In this document: piece by piece, positions 27,861 through 37,269 of the stretch
Layout of the letters: each line of letters starts with the position of its first letter
Numbering within the stretch: the stretch's first letter is position 1
NCBI GenBank assembly: GCA_045540515.1
Contig: JAZQHJ010000162.1
Coordinates: forward strand, 1 to 47,600
Source: Eubacteriales bacterium
GTDB lineage: Bacteria; Bacillota; Clostridia; Oscillospirales; CAG-272
Length of the DNA: 47,600 nucleotides
Direction: 5' to 3'
Notes under the pieces: generated by a model
What the model saw: only the letters and a program-made list of their open reading frames with translations
What the model was told of the DNA's origin: nothing
The model's database searches: none
Position numbers and translations under genes: made by a program

Positions 27861-28555
27861 TTGCCACCCCCATTTCTGTCGGATTTTGCAAGTCTTTTTT
27901 CTATCTTGCGTAAAACAAAGGTAAGTATCATTACTACTGCAAGATATAGAAGCGCTGCAATCATTAGTGGTGGTAAATATTCAAAGGTTCTTGATTGAAT
28001 CATTCCTGGGATTTTTCCAAGGTCTCTGATTCCAACGTAGCCAACTATTGCAGTTTCCTTAATAAGAGTGATAAACTCATTAAAGAGTGGTGGTAGTGAA
28101 TTCTTTACCGCCTGTGGAATGATGATTTTTCTCATTGTTTGCCAGGTTGAAAGTCCAAGGCTACGTCCTGCCTCTCTTTGACCGTCGTCAACGCTTTCAA
28201 AGCCTGCTCTTACAATTTCTGCAACATATGCGCTTGAATTTATGCCGAAGGTGATAGCACCTATTAGTATTCCGCTATCCCATGTTGCAAAGACAACGAA
28301 ATACAAAATCATTAGCTGTAATACAACAGGAGTTCCTCTTATAACTGTAATATAAAGGTTTGCAATTTTTGATACTACCTTTAATTTGCCTGTTTTCTTG
28401 TTGAGGTAGTTAACCATTGCAAGAAGCACACCGATTATTGTACCGATTATTGCTGCAATTAGAGCAATTATGATGGTGTTTCCAAGACCTTCAAGGTATA
28501 GCTTCCATCTGTCCTGTACTATTAAAGCCTTTCTTAAGCTTTCAATAAAGTCCAT
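27857..28555 (-). CDS. Polar amino-acid ABC transporter permease
   Basis: [36 protein letters not shown]. Confidence 0.96.
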   Translation of the reverse strand: MDFIESLRKALIVQDRWKLYLEGLGNTIIIALIAAIIGTIIGVLLAMVNYLNKKTGKLKVVSKIANLYITVIRGTPVVLQLMILYFVVFATWDSGILIGAITFGINSSAYVAEIVRAGFESVDDGQREAGRSLGLSTWQTMRKIIIPQAVKNSLPPLFNEFITLIKETAIVGYVGIRDLGKIPGMIQSRTFEYLPPLMIAALLYLAVVMILTFVLRKIEKRLAKSDRNGGGK

Positions 28556-28576
28556 ATTTATTCCTTTTCAGTAAAT

Positions 28577-28603
28577 AACTGAGGAGCAAAATGCCCCTCA
28601 GTT
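28577..28603 (-). other. Intercistronic stem-loop between binding-protein and permease genes (mRNA stabiliser or partial terminator)
   Basis: AACTGAGGAGCA-AAA-TGCCCCTCAGTT; function inferred from position. Confidence 0.6.
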
Positions 28604-28608
28604 TAATT

Positions 28609-29478
28609 TTAGTTTATTGAATTTAACATTATAATAGCAGGAATTTTATCCATAAGAATAGCGTCAATTCTGCCATTTTGTAGGTCTGTGAAGGCATATG
28701 CGTACTTTTCATATTGTCTTACATCAATTTCTGCCTTAATTGTAATAGTTTCGCCACTTGCGTTTTCGTCTGTGTATCCACTATTTGCATCTGTTGCAAT
28801 CTTGTCGCCACTTGTTCCTGTTTGAACACCAACTCTTAGTCCATCAAGGCTCTTTAAGCTTGTGTATTTGCCCTGTGCTGATACGATAACAAGAGTTGAC
28901 TTGTAGTAAACTGCTGAGAAATCAACTGTTTGCTTTCTTTCTTCATCAATTGTCAAGCCTGCTGCACCAACTGCATCGCCTGATGCTGTTGCAACACAGG
29001 TAGGAATTGTATCAAATACAACGTCCTTAATTTCAAGGCTCTTGCCAAGTCTTTCTGCAACCTCACTCATAATAGCGATGTCAACACCAACAATGTTGTT
29101 ATTGCTTAAAAATTCAAATGGAGCAAATCCGCTTTCTGTGTAAACAGTGATAACGCCACCATTACCAAAGGTCCAGCTTGTTTTAAGGTCGCCTGCATCT
29201 GGGGCAGTGTCAATATTGCCCTCCTCATAGTCTGCAAGATTTTGATAGTAATCAATGTAGTCCTCAATCTTGCCATTTGCAACCCATTCATTTACAACCT
29301 CATCAACGGCTGTTTTCATTGCGGTATTACCCTTTTGTAATGCTATACCGAAATCCTCTTGTACTAAGTCTGTTGCATCAGCAGCAACATAGTTATTCTC
29401 GTCCTTTTTACAGGAAGCAAGAGCAAAGGCTGATACTGCCATTAAAAGAACAAGCGCTAGTGAAATAATCTTTTTCAT
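28609..29478 (-). CDS. Family-3 amino-acid-binding lipoprotein, apparently circularly permuted
   Basis: Lipobox LASC; GFAPFEF..GVDIAI, TIDEERKQTVDFS..YY, VGVQTGT, GRIDAILMD. Start ATG 29478. Confidence 0.9.
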   Translation of the reverse strand: MKKIISLALVLLMAVSAFALASCKKDENNYVAADATDLVQEDFGIALQKGNTAMKTAVDEVVNEWVANGKIEDYIDYYQNLADYEEGNIDTAPDAGDLKTSWTFGNGGVITVYTESGFAPFEFLSNNNIVGVDIAIMSEVAERLGKSLEIKDVVFDTIPTCVATASGDAVGAAGLTIDEERKQTVDFSAVYYKSTLVIVSAQGKYTSLKSLDGLRVGVQTGTSGDKIATDANSGYTDENASGETITIKAEIDVRQYEKYAYAFTDLQNGRIDAILMDKIPAIIMLNSIN

Positions 29479-29607
29479 TTTTTTCTCTCCTTCAAGAAAT
29501 TTATAAATATGCTTAATTATATACTTATTATTTATAAATGTCAACTGTTTTGTGAATATTTCTTAAAAAACTTGAATAATATTCACTTTTTATGAATATA
29601 TGCATTT

Positions 29608-30147
29608 TTATCGGTTGTTTAATAGCTTATCTGCCTTTAAAATTGCAATTTGAGTTTTAGAGTCTGGGATTTTTCCGTCCATTACCATTTGAACAAGTGT
29701 AGGAAGTGGAATTTTCTCAACCTCTAAAAATTCTCCCTCGTCTGGGTGGGCATTTTTGTAGGTTATTCCTGTGGCAAGATACATATGGATTTTTTCATCA
29801 AGTATTGCAACGGTTGTGTACATTGTTCCAATAAAGTCAACCTTGCCTGCATTAACCCCTGTTTCCTCCTCCAGCTCACGTAGGGCTGCCTCGTATGGGT
29901 CCTCTCCCTTTTCGAGCTTTCCTGCTGGAATTTCGTATAAAATTTCCTCAAATGGATATCTAAATTGCTTTATCATTATTACGTTTTGGTCCTCGTCAAC
30001 AGGGATGACACATACAGCCCCTGGGTGGCGAACAACCTCTCTTACTGACTTTGAGCCGTCTGGCAATTCAACCTCGTCAACAAACAGCCTTACAACCACT
30101 CCGTCAAAGACCTGCTTTGAGGTTAGCTTTTTTTCGTAGAGCTCCAT
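29608..30147 (-). CDS. nudF: ADP-ribose pyrophosphatase (NUDIX)
   Basis: REVVRHPGAV, QFRYP, EIPAGKLE..E....AALRELEEETG, DSKT. Confidence 0.92.
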   Translation of the reverse strand: MELYEKKLTSKQVFDGVVVRLFVDEVELPDGSKSVREVVRHPGAVCVIPVDEDQNVIMIKQFRYPFEEILYEIPAGKLEKGEDPYEAALRELEEETGVNAGKVDFIGTMYTTVAILDEKIHMYLATGITYKNAHPDEGEFLEVEKIPLPTLVQMVMDGKIPDSKTQIAILKADKLLNNR

Positions 30148-30157
30148 ATTTTCTCCT

Positions 30158-30889
30158 TTATTGCTTTTTAAATTCTATTTTGCTTTCACCAGAGCCAAGG
30201 AATAGTGAGGCATTTTCAAGCTCAAAGCTACTGATTCTTACCATATCCTGAAGTCCTATATCGAACTCTCTTATATAGTAAAGCTTGTCACCCTTTATTG
30301 AGTAGTAAATCTTATAGTCACGAATTTCTCCGCTTTCCTCGGTGTGCATATTGCCTGTGTAGTCGTTATTAAAGGTATAGCCAAGGACCTTTTCTGCATC
30401 AGCATACTGCCATGAGCCAAGGAGCTTATTTTCCCCACTGTTGTAATTAAGGTCGTATTTTGTCATAACTCTTTCACTCTCGCCCCTGTTCATATCATCA
30501 AGGGTTACAAGCACAAGCTTGTTCTTTTTTGTAATTGAAAAGCGAATGTATTCATAGCCAAATTCAGAATGGATTTTGATTTGATTCTTGTCAACAACCT
30601 CGTATGTACCAACAAGGCTATCAAGCTCAATTCCATAGCAATAGGTGCTAAGGATTACCTTGCTTGAATCGACAAATTCGTACACGTCATAGGACTTTTC
30701 ATCAAGCTCCTCGTCCATCCACTTGCCAACAAGTGACACTCCGTCGTACTCGTAATTCTTGTTGTACTGGCTTTTTTTACAGTCATCTGCAAAAATCAAA
30801 AGTCCAACGCAAAGTCCAACAATGAGTGTAAGGGCTACTACTGCTATTATGATTTTTGTGGTTTTATTGTTCTTACGCTTCTTGCTCAT
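30158..30889 (-). CDS. Hypothetical membrane-anchored protein with two lipocalin-like repeats
   Basis: Basic N-terminus, one TM, two domains starting SLVGKW and KLLGSW. Confidence 0.75.
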   Translation of the reverse strand: MSKKRKNNKTTKIIIAVVALTLIVGLCVGLLIFADDCKKSQYNKNYEYDGVSLVGKWMDEELDEKSYDVYEFVDSSKVILSTYCYGIELDSLVGTYEVVDKNQIKIHSEFGYEYIRFSITKKNKLVLVTLDDMNRGESERVMTKYDLNYNSGENKLLGSWQYADAEKVLGYTFNNDYTGNMHTEESGEIRDYKIYYSIKGDKLYYIREFDIGLQDMVRISSFELENASLFLGSGESKIEFKKQ

Positions 30890-31497
30890 ATAAGCTCCTG
30901 TAAATTAAATTTTTTGGGTTCTATATCATAGCCTATTAAAAGAGGCTCTTTTCCGTCATAGGAATACACAACAAGGCTACAATTTCCCATTATCCCTATC
31001 TCTTTTTTAGACACTTCCTTGCTCTTTTTTGCATTCATTGCGTAAATTCTTGTAATTGCTCCGTGTGTTACAAAAAGCACGTTTTCATCCTTTTTTACCT
31101 TGTCGGATATAAGGGAATTCACTCGGTCTATTAGGCTTTGCGTGGTCTCAACGGTGGGGTTATCCGTGTCCCTTAAAACCGTTGGACTGTTTTTGTCATA
31201 GTACATTCCCGATAATTCTCCAAAATCCCTTTCGATTAGCCTTTGGTCAACTATTACGGGCACGTTTCCTATTGCCTCTGCCACCATTTTTGCCGTATCA
31301 AGGGCACGGGAAAGTGGACTTGAATAAATTTTATCAAATTTAAAGCCTGTTTTTTCAAGCGAGTGCTTTAAATCGGCTGATGCCTTAATTGCTTGGTCTA
31401 TTCCTTTTTGGTTAAGAGGGATATTTTCCCTACCCTGTGTAAGACTTTTGGTGTTCCAGTCGGTTTGACCATGTCTTAAAAAACAAATTATACTCAT
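30886..31497 (-). CDS. Histidine phosphatase family protein
   Basis: LRHGQTDWN, SSPLSRA, ERDFG, VTHG. Confidence 0.92.
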   Translation of the reverse strand: MSIICFLRHGQTDWNTKSLTQGRENIPLNQKGIDQAIKASADLKHSLEKTGFKFDKIYSSPLSRALDTAKMVAEAIGNVPVIVDQRLIERDFGELSGMYYDKNSPTVLRDTDNPTVETTQSLIDRVNSLISDKVKKDENVLFVTHGAITRIYAMNAKKSKEVSKKEIGIMGNCSLVVYSYDGKEPLLIGYDIEPKKFNLQELI

Positions 31498-31555
31498 TAT
31501 ACTCTCAACCTACTTAATTAAAGTAAGCATTTGCTTTCCTGTTTGTTTTAAGCTC

Positions 31556-31993
31556 TTATTTTGTTCCAGTTGAGCCAAATCCACCTGCTCCTCTTACTGT
31601 GTCGGAGAGTGTGTCCGTCTCGTTAAATTCGGCTGTTATATATGGTGTAATTACCATTTGAGCAATTCTCTCATTTGGCACAATTACCTGTGGTATGCTT
31701 GAATGGTTATGGAGTGCAACCATTATTTCTCCACGATAATCGCAATCAACAACACCAACCTTATTTGCAGGGGCAAGTCCCTTTTTTGATGCAAGACCGC
31801 TTCTTGCATAGATAAGTGCAACATAGCCACATTCAAGCTCCATTGCAAGTCCTGTTTTAACAAGCACTGTTTGTCCTGCCTCTATTGTAATTTCACTGTC
31901 TATACAAGCATATAAATCGGCTCCTGCTGAATATGGTGAGCCATAGGTCGGGATTTTTGCATTATCGTTTAGTCTTTTAATGTTTACAATCAT
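31556..31993 (-). CDS. dut: dUTP diphosphatase
   Basis: AGADL, RSGLA, GVVDCDYRGE, RIAQ, RGAGGFGSTG. Confidence 0.97.
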   Translation of the reverse strand: MIVNIKRLNDNAKIPTYGSPYSAGADLYACIDSEITIEAGQTVLVKTGLAMELECGYVALIYARSGLASKKGLAPANKVGVVDCDYRGEIMVALHNHSSIPQVIVPNERIAQMVITPYITAEFNETDTLSDTVRGAGGFGSTGTK

Positions 31994-32664
31994 TTTATTT
32001 TTAAGCTCCTTAAATATTCCTTTGTTTTATTGTCAATGCGATAGCTTTCAAGTGCCTTTTGAATTGCCTTGTTGTGCGTCCATTTATCAAGCACACACTG
32101 CTCTAAAATTTTAATTGATTTTTCATATTCCTTAACAAGACAAACGGACACAAGCCACGCATTTGCCATATTGATATAATATTCATCACTTTTTATTTTA
32201 CTTGCGACATCAAGCACAAAATCAATATATTGTGGTGTGACATAATACGAAAGCAATGCAACAAGTCCAAAGCGAGCTGTGTAGGTATGCTTGCTTTCAA
32301 GGGAGCCCTTGACCAAATCAAGTGCATTCTCTTTGTCTTTAAAAAAGAGCTTTAAATTGCTAACCATACTATCGCACACTGCCCAGTTGTCAATATGGGG
32401 TAAGAACTGAACAAGATAGTCCCTTGCGCCATGCTTCAAAAAGCCGAGCATGTAGCCGTGAATGAGGCTTTCCTCATAGTAGGTGTGAGGCAAATCCCTT
32501 AAAAACGTCATACCTGTATCTGTATTTGCGTATTTTTTGGCAATTTTCTTGGCAACAGGAGCACGTAGCCCGATAAGATTTTTCACGTTAGGAACAAGCC
32601 TTGAATGAAAGTCCCTGTATTTCGTGTCCTGATTTGCAAAAATTTCGTCTAAAATTATGCTCAT
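31990..32664 (-). CDS. DNA alkylation repair protein (AlkD-like HEAT repeat)
   Basis: IDNWAVCD, YYINMANAW, WTHNKAIQKALESYR. Confidence 0.88.
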   Translation of the reverse strand: MSIILDEIFANQDTKYRDFHSRLVPNVKNLIGLRAPVAKKIAKKYANTDTGMTFLRDLPHTYYEESLIHGYMLGFLKHGARDYLVQFLPHIDNWAVCDSMVSNLKLFFKDKENALDLVKGSLESKHTYTARFGLVALLSYYVTPQYIDFVLDVASKIKSDEYYINMANAWLVSVCLVKEYEKSIKILEQCVLDKWTHNKAIQKALESYRIDNKTKEYLRSLKIK

Positions 32665-32758
32665 CATATGTCCCCTTTGCCACTTCACTACCTTTTAATT
32701 TTAACATATATATATTATTATTGTCAAGTAAATTAAAAAATCCATAGCCCTTCAAAAA

Positions 32759-32790
32759 TAAAAAGGAACAGGTTTTAAGCCTGTTCCCTA
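32759..32790 (-). terminator. Terminator after rhaD
   Basis: GGAACAGG-TTTTAAG-CCTGTTCC with T-run on the minus strand. Confidence 0.8.
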
Positions 32791-32795
32791 TTTTA

Positions 32796-33605
32796 TTAAA
32801 TAATGCCGTCTCTATATGTAAGGCTGAAGCGCTTAGCGAGCTGCTTTAATTGGTCGTCTGTGATAATGTTTTTAAGACCAATAGGAGCAGTCATCATATA
32901 AATTTGCGCTGCCTTTTCAACGGTTTCAACAAGACCAAAGGTCTCATCAAGGTCGTGTCCTGCGCAGTAAATTCCGTGCATAGCCCAAATTACTGTTCTT
33001 GCACTTGAAATTTTCTCTGCTGTTGCCTCGCCAATTTCGTTTGTTCCACAAAGCATCCAAGGAAGAACCTCAACGCCGTCTGGGAATACAACAATGCACT
33101 CTGTGTTCATTTGCCAAAGTGTGTGAGTGAACTTGTTTGTATCAAGCTCATGAACGTAGGTCATTGCAAGTAGGTTTGTTGGGTGAGTGTGCATAATTAC
33201 TCTGTTGGTTGGGTCAACCTTGAGTCTTGCAATATGACTCATTAGGTGAGCTGGAAGCTCTGATGTAAATCTACCGCCATCTGCGTAGCCCCAAAGAAGC
33301 TCAGCATTTTGACCGTCTGCTGAAATTCTGAATACACCAACATTGTTTTCTGGGTCACCAACGAAGTTTTTAAAATATTTGCCTGTACCACTAACTAGGA
33401 AGTACTTTCCAGCAAGATATGTTGCGTCAAAGCCAAGTGGGATAAGACGGATAACGTCGTTTACGTCAAGAACGGATTTAACCTCATCCTCTGTAAGAAG
33501 ATATGAGATATTACCACCATTTCTTTCATCCCAGCCAAGACGATACATATTTGCAGCGGTAGCACAGTATTCCTTTAAGAATTTTGATTCTAAAATATTT
33601 GCCAT
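32796..33605 (-). CDS. rhaD: Rhamnulose-1-phosphate aldolase
   Basis: GWDERNGGNIS, GTGKYFKN, TSELPAH, HTHPT, WAMHG. Confidence 0.95.
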   Translation of the reverse strand: MANILESKFLKEYCATAANMYRLGWDERNGGNISYLLTEDEVKSVLDVNDVIRLIPLGFDATYLAGKYFLVSGTGKYFKNFVGDPENNVGVFRISADGQNAELLWGYADGGRFTSELPAHLMSHIARLKVDPTNRVIMHTHPTNLLAMTYVHELDTNKFTHTLWQMNTECIVVFPDGVEVLPWMLCGTNEIGEATAEKISSARTVIWAMHGIYCAGHDLDETFGLVETVEKAAQIYMMTAPIGLKNIITDDQLKQLAKRFSLTYRDGII

Positions 33606-33623
33606 TATGCTGTCCGCCTTAAA

Positions 33624-34772
33624 TCAATATGCCTTCTTGTAAAGCTCAAGAATGTCAGCCTCTGTGATTTCTCTTGGGTTACCGCCTGTGCAAACGTCAT
33701 TAAATGCGTCATTTGCAAGCTGTTCAAGAGCACTCTCTGGAATGCCGATTTCACGAAGTGTTTGTGGAATTTTAAGGTCGATTGAAAGCTGTTTAACTGC
33801 CTCAACTGCTGCAGCTGCTGCTTCCTCTGCGCTCATATTTGTTGTATCAACACCCATAGCCTTTGCAATTCTGCCGTACTTAACTACGCATGCTGGCATA
33901 TTAAATTCCATAACGATTGGAAGTAGGAGTGCGTTTGCAACACCGTGTGCAATATCAAATCTTGCACCAAGTGGGTGAGCCATTGAGTGAACGCATCCAA
34001 GACCTACGTTTGAGAATGCCATACCTGCAACGTACTGGCCAAGAGCCATTTGCTCTCTTGCCTTCATATTCTTTCCGTCGTAGGTTGCTGTTCTTAGGTT
34101 ATCTGCAATAATCTTAATTGCATTGATTTCAAGAATGTTTGAAAGCTCCCAAGCTCCCTTTGTGATATAGCCCTCAATTGCGTGTGTAAGAGCATCCATA
34201 CCTGTTGCAGCTGTTAAGCCTGCTGGCATTGTAGCCATAAGCTCAGCATCAACAATTGAAAGAACAGGAATGTCGTTAGGGTCAACGCATACCATCTTTC
34301 TGCCTGATTCCTCGTCTGTGATTACGTAGTTGATTGTAACCTCAGCAGCTGTTCCTGCTGTTGTTGGAAGTGCGATGATGTCAACGCATTTCTTCTTTGT
34401 ATCTGCAACGCCCTCAAGTGATACAACGTCTGCAAATTCTGGGTTGTTGCTGATGATTGCAACTGCCTTTGCTGTGTCAATTGCGCTACCACCACCGATT
34501 GCGATGATGAAGTCTGCACCTGATGCTGCATAAGCGCTAACGCCAGCCTTTACGTTTGTTACTGTTGGGTTTGCCTTGAACTCTGAGAAAATCTCATATG
34601 GGAAGTCGCCAAGAACGTCTGTTACAAGCTTAACAATACCGAAGTTGATAAGGTCCTTGTCTGCAACAACAAATGCCTTGTTGTAGCCTCTTTTAGCAAT
34701 CTCTGCTGAAAGAACCTCACGTGAGCCTGCACCAAAATAAGATGTTTCGTTAAGAATAAATCTGTTTGCCAT
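33624..34772 (-). CDS. fucO: Lactaldehyde reductase (Fe-containing alcohol dehydrogenase)
   Basis: MANRFILNETSYFG, GGGSAID, PTTAGTAAEVTINYVITD, HSMAH, HGVANA. Start ATG 34772. Confidence 0.95.
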   Translation of the reverse strand: MANRFILNETSYFGAGSREVLSAEIAKRGYNKAFVVADKDLINFGIVKLVTDVLGDFPYEIFSEFKANPTVTNVKAGVSAYAASGADFIIAIGGGSAIDTAKAVAIISNNPEFADVVSLEGVADTKKKCVDIIALPTTAGTAAEVTINYVITDEESGRKMVCVDPNDIPVLSIVDAELMATMPAGLTAATGMDALTHAIEGYITKGAWELSNILEINAIKIIADNLRTATYDGKNMKAREQMALGQYVAGMAFSNVGLGCVHSMAHPLGARFDIAHGVANALLLPIVMEFNMPACVVKYGRIAKAMGVDTTNMSAEEAAAAAVEAVKQLSIDLKIPQTLREIGIPESALEQLANDAFNDVCTGGNPREITEADILELYKKAY

Positions 34773-34884
34773 GTTTTTTCTCCTTGCGAAAATAATTTTA
34801 TTGTATTTAGTATAGCATATAAATATTAGGAATTTCAATATAAAATCTGTTTTTTTTACTGATTTTTGAAAAAAATTCAAAGTA

Positions 34885-34913
34885 TTGACAAAAATGGAAA
34901 ATTATTGTATAAT
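34885..34913 (+). promoter_or_regulatory. Consensus sigma-A promoter of marR-acyl-CoA ligase
   Basis: TTGACA-N17-TATAAT. Confidence 0.85.
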
Positions 34914-34917
34914 GAAG

Positions 34918-34931
34918 GTTGACAAGTCAAC
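34918..34931. promoter_or_regulatory. Palindromic operator, likely for the adjacent MarR protein
   Basis: GTTGAC-AA-GTCAAC overlapping the predicted transcription start. Confidence 0.7.
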
Positions 34932-34966
34932 AAAGCTTGTAAATTATTAGTTTAAAGGGGGATAAA

Positions 34967-35413
34967 ATGGAAAGCGAAAGATTTGTGCCTTTTGTTTTGC
35001 ATACTGAAAGAATTGCAAAGAATATTAAAAGGCTTGCGGACGCAAAAATGGAGCCGTTCGGATTAAGAAGTGCCCATATTATGTGTATCTTACAGCTTGC
35101 TAAAAGCGAAAATGGTCTTTCCTCTGCTGAGCTCAGCGAGGCATGTGGTGTTGACAAGGCCTTTGTTTCACGAATTACAGCAGAGCTTACCGAAAAGGGA
35201 TATATTGTCCGTTCTGGAGCTGCCGGTAAGTACAAGACGAAATTCGTGCTTACCTGTGACGGTGTTGAAATTTTCAACGAACTTCAAAATTTGCTTTGTT
35301 CCTTTATTGGAGAAATAAGCAAGGACACGGCTATTAGAAAGCTTGAAATATTTTATGAGGTTCTTGCCTCAATTGATGAAAGCCTTGCTCAAATAATAGA
35401 TAAGGAGATTTAA
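34967..35413 (+). CDS. MarR-family transcriptional regulator
   Basis: GLSSAELSEACGVDKAFVSRITAELTEKGYI wHTH, LT..G. Confidence 0.88.
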   Translation: MESERFVPFVLHTERIAKNIKRLADAKMEPFGLRSAHIMCILQLAKSENGLSSAELSEACGVDKAFVSRITAELTEKGYIVRSGAAGKYKTKFVLTCDGVEIFNELQNLLCSFIGEISKDTAIRKLEIFYEVLASIDESLAQIIDKEI

Positions 35414-35418
35414 TAATT

Positions 35419-37149
35419 ATGCAGCTTGCAAAGGATGTTAAGACCATATATGGTCTTCTTCACGAGGTGGCAGGATATTTGCCAGACCATCCTCTATATA
35501 GGTTCAACAGATTAAATGCTAAGGAGGACTCACTTGTTGAGGTTTCCTATTCACAATTTGATACTTACCTACAAAAGGTAATTTTGGCATTCAAGGAGCT
35601 CGGCGTTGGCCCTGGCAAAAGGGTTGCTGTTATGGGTGAGACAAGCGTTCAATGGATTGCAACATATATTGCAACCGTTACACTTGGTGGAACAATTGTT
35701 CCTCTTGACCCTATGCTACTTGAGGATGAGCTCTTCAATTTTATGAAAATTGCAGAGGTTTCATATGTTTCCTATGGCCCTAGATTTGTTGACCTGTTCC
35801 AAAGACGTGGCGCTGAGCTTGAAAATATAACTCAATTCATCGCCTGTGAAAGACCAACCTTTACCTTAGACCCAGAGGATGAGTATGTACCAAGCAAATA
35901 TTCAACCTTTAATAATATTCTTGCCCTTGGTAAGAAAATTTATAACGAAAAGGGTGTTGACTTTGATTTAACTGACCACGACACAAGAGCAATGTCAATC
36001 CTTCTATTTACATCTGGTACTACTGGTACATCAAAGGGCGTTATGCTATGCGAGGACAATGTTTGCGCAGTTTTAAGAGGAATCATTCCTGTGCTTGACG
36101 TTCTTGACCATAATGATGCAGTTCTTTCTGTTCTTCCAATTTATCACACCTATGAAATGAGTGCAGGTATTCTTGCTCCTATGCTTTATGGCTGTACTGT
36201 AAACATTTCAGACGGCATTAAGTATGTTGGTAAGAATATTAAGCAATTCAAGCCTTCCGTTTTGGCTCTTGTTCCTATGTTTGCAAATCAGCTTTACAAA
36301 ACCGTTTGGAAAACTGCTCAAAAGAATGGCATTGAAAAGAAGCTCAAATTCGGTATGAAGCTTTCAAGATTCTTAAAGAAAATCGGTATTGACGTAAGAC
36401 GTAAAATCTTTAAGCAGGTTCACGAGGGCTTTGGCGGAAGATTAAGATATATGATTGTTGGTGCTGCCGCACTTAATAGTGATGTTGCACAGGGGCTTTA
36501 TGATATGGGTATTCAGGTATCACAGGGCTACGGAATTACCGAGTGTGCTCCACTTATTTCAGTCGTTCCACTTACAGTTAAGAATTTTGCATCCTGTGGT
36601 AAGCCAATGCCAGGGCTTGAGGTTACCATTGACAAGGAAAGCGAGGATGACCTCTCTGGTGAAATTGTTGTCAAGGGTGATAATGTTATGCTTGGCTACT
36701 ACAAGAACGAGGAGCAAACAAAGCAGGTGCTTACCGAGGACGGTTGGTTCAGAACTGGCGACTATGGTTATATGGATAAAAAGGGCTACCTATATATAAC
36801 TGGTAGAAAGAAGAATATTATCATTTCATCCGACGGAAAGAATATTTTCCCAGAGGAGATTGAGGAATATCTTGAAAACCTTGACCTTGTTTCCGAGGTT
36901 GTAGTTGTTGGTAGAGATAGCGAAAAGACACACGATATTGAAATTGTTGCTCTTATATATCCTGATGAGGAGGAATGTCAAAAGGCAGGACTCACAACCA
37001 AGGAGGCTATCCACGATGCTCTTGCCAAGGAGGTTGTTGAAATCAACAAGCAGCTTGCAACCTACAAGCATATTAACAGGGTGGAAATTCGAGACGAGCC
37101 ATTTGAAAAAACCACCACAAGAAAAATCAAAAGAAATCTTGTAAAATAG
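35419..37149 (+). CDS. Long-chain fatty acid-CoA ligase (AMP-binding)
   Basis: FTSGTTGTSKG, QGYGITE, GWFRTGDYG, ITGRKKN, FEKTTTRKIKR. Confidence 0.92.
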   Translation: MQLAKDVKTIYGLLHEVAGYLPDHPLYRFNRLNAKEDSLVEVSYSQFDTYLQKVILAFKELGVGPGKRVAVMGETSVQWIATYIATVTLGGTIVPLDPMLLEDELFNFMKIAEVSYVSYGPRFVDLFQRRGAELENITQFIACERPTFTLDPEDEYVPSKYSTFNNILALGKKIYNEKGVDFDLTDHDTRAMSILLFTSGTTGTSKGVMLCEDNVCAVLRGIIPVLDVLDHNDAVLSVLPIYHTYEMSAGILAPMLYGCTVNISDGIKYVGKNIKQFKPSVLALVPMFANQLYKTVWKTAQKNGIEKKLKFGMKLSRFLKKIGIDVRRKIFKQVHEGFGGRLRYMIVGAAALNSDVAQGLYDMGIQVSQGYGITECAPLISVVPLTVKNFASCGKPMPGLEVTIDKESEDDLSGEIVVKGDNVMLGYYKNEEQTKQVLTEDGWFRTGDYGYMDKKGYLYITGRKKNIIISSDGKNIFPEEIEEYLENLDLVSEVVVVGRDSEKTHDIEIVALIYPDEEECQKAGLTTKEAIHDALAKEVVEINKQLATYKHINRVEIRDEPFEKTTTRKIKRNLVK

Positions 37150-37268
37150 TCTTGTGACACAATCCCTCAGTCAACTACGTTGACAGCTCCCTTTACACAA
37201 AGGAGCCTTTGGACGAGCCATTTGAAAAAACCACCACAAGAAAAATTAAGAGAAACCTTGTTAAATAA
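37093..37268 (+). repeat. 57-bp direct repeat of the ligase 3' end (37093-37149 and 37212-37268)
   Basis: 52/57 identical. First 35 nt identical; all 5 differences are synonymous. Confidence 0.95.
37161..37207 (+). repeat. REP-like double-hairpin element
   Basis: AATCCCTCA-GTCAAC-TAC-GTTGAC-A-GCTCC-CTTTACACAAA-GGAGC-C. Matches a CCCTCAGTC..GACAGCTCCC..GGAGCC repeat I recall from gut Clostridia. Confidence 0.7.
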
Positions 37269-37269
37269 G

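Noticed and set aside
10526-34880. Extended N-termini given by the ORF track (e.g. 10526, 23336, 29544, 34880)
   Set aside because: Extensions run through promoter or AT-rich spacer DNA; downstream ATGs have proper RBS and family-typical starts.
37093-37268. Diversity-generating retroelement template/variable repeat pair
   Set aside because: Differences are synonymous and not adenine-specific, and there is no reverse transcriptase in the window.
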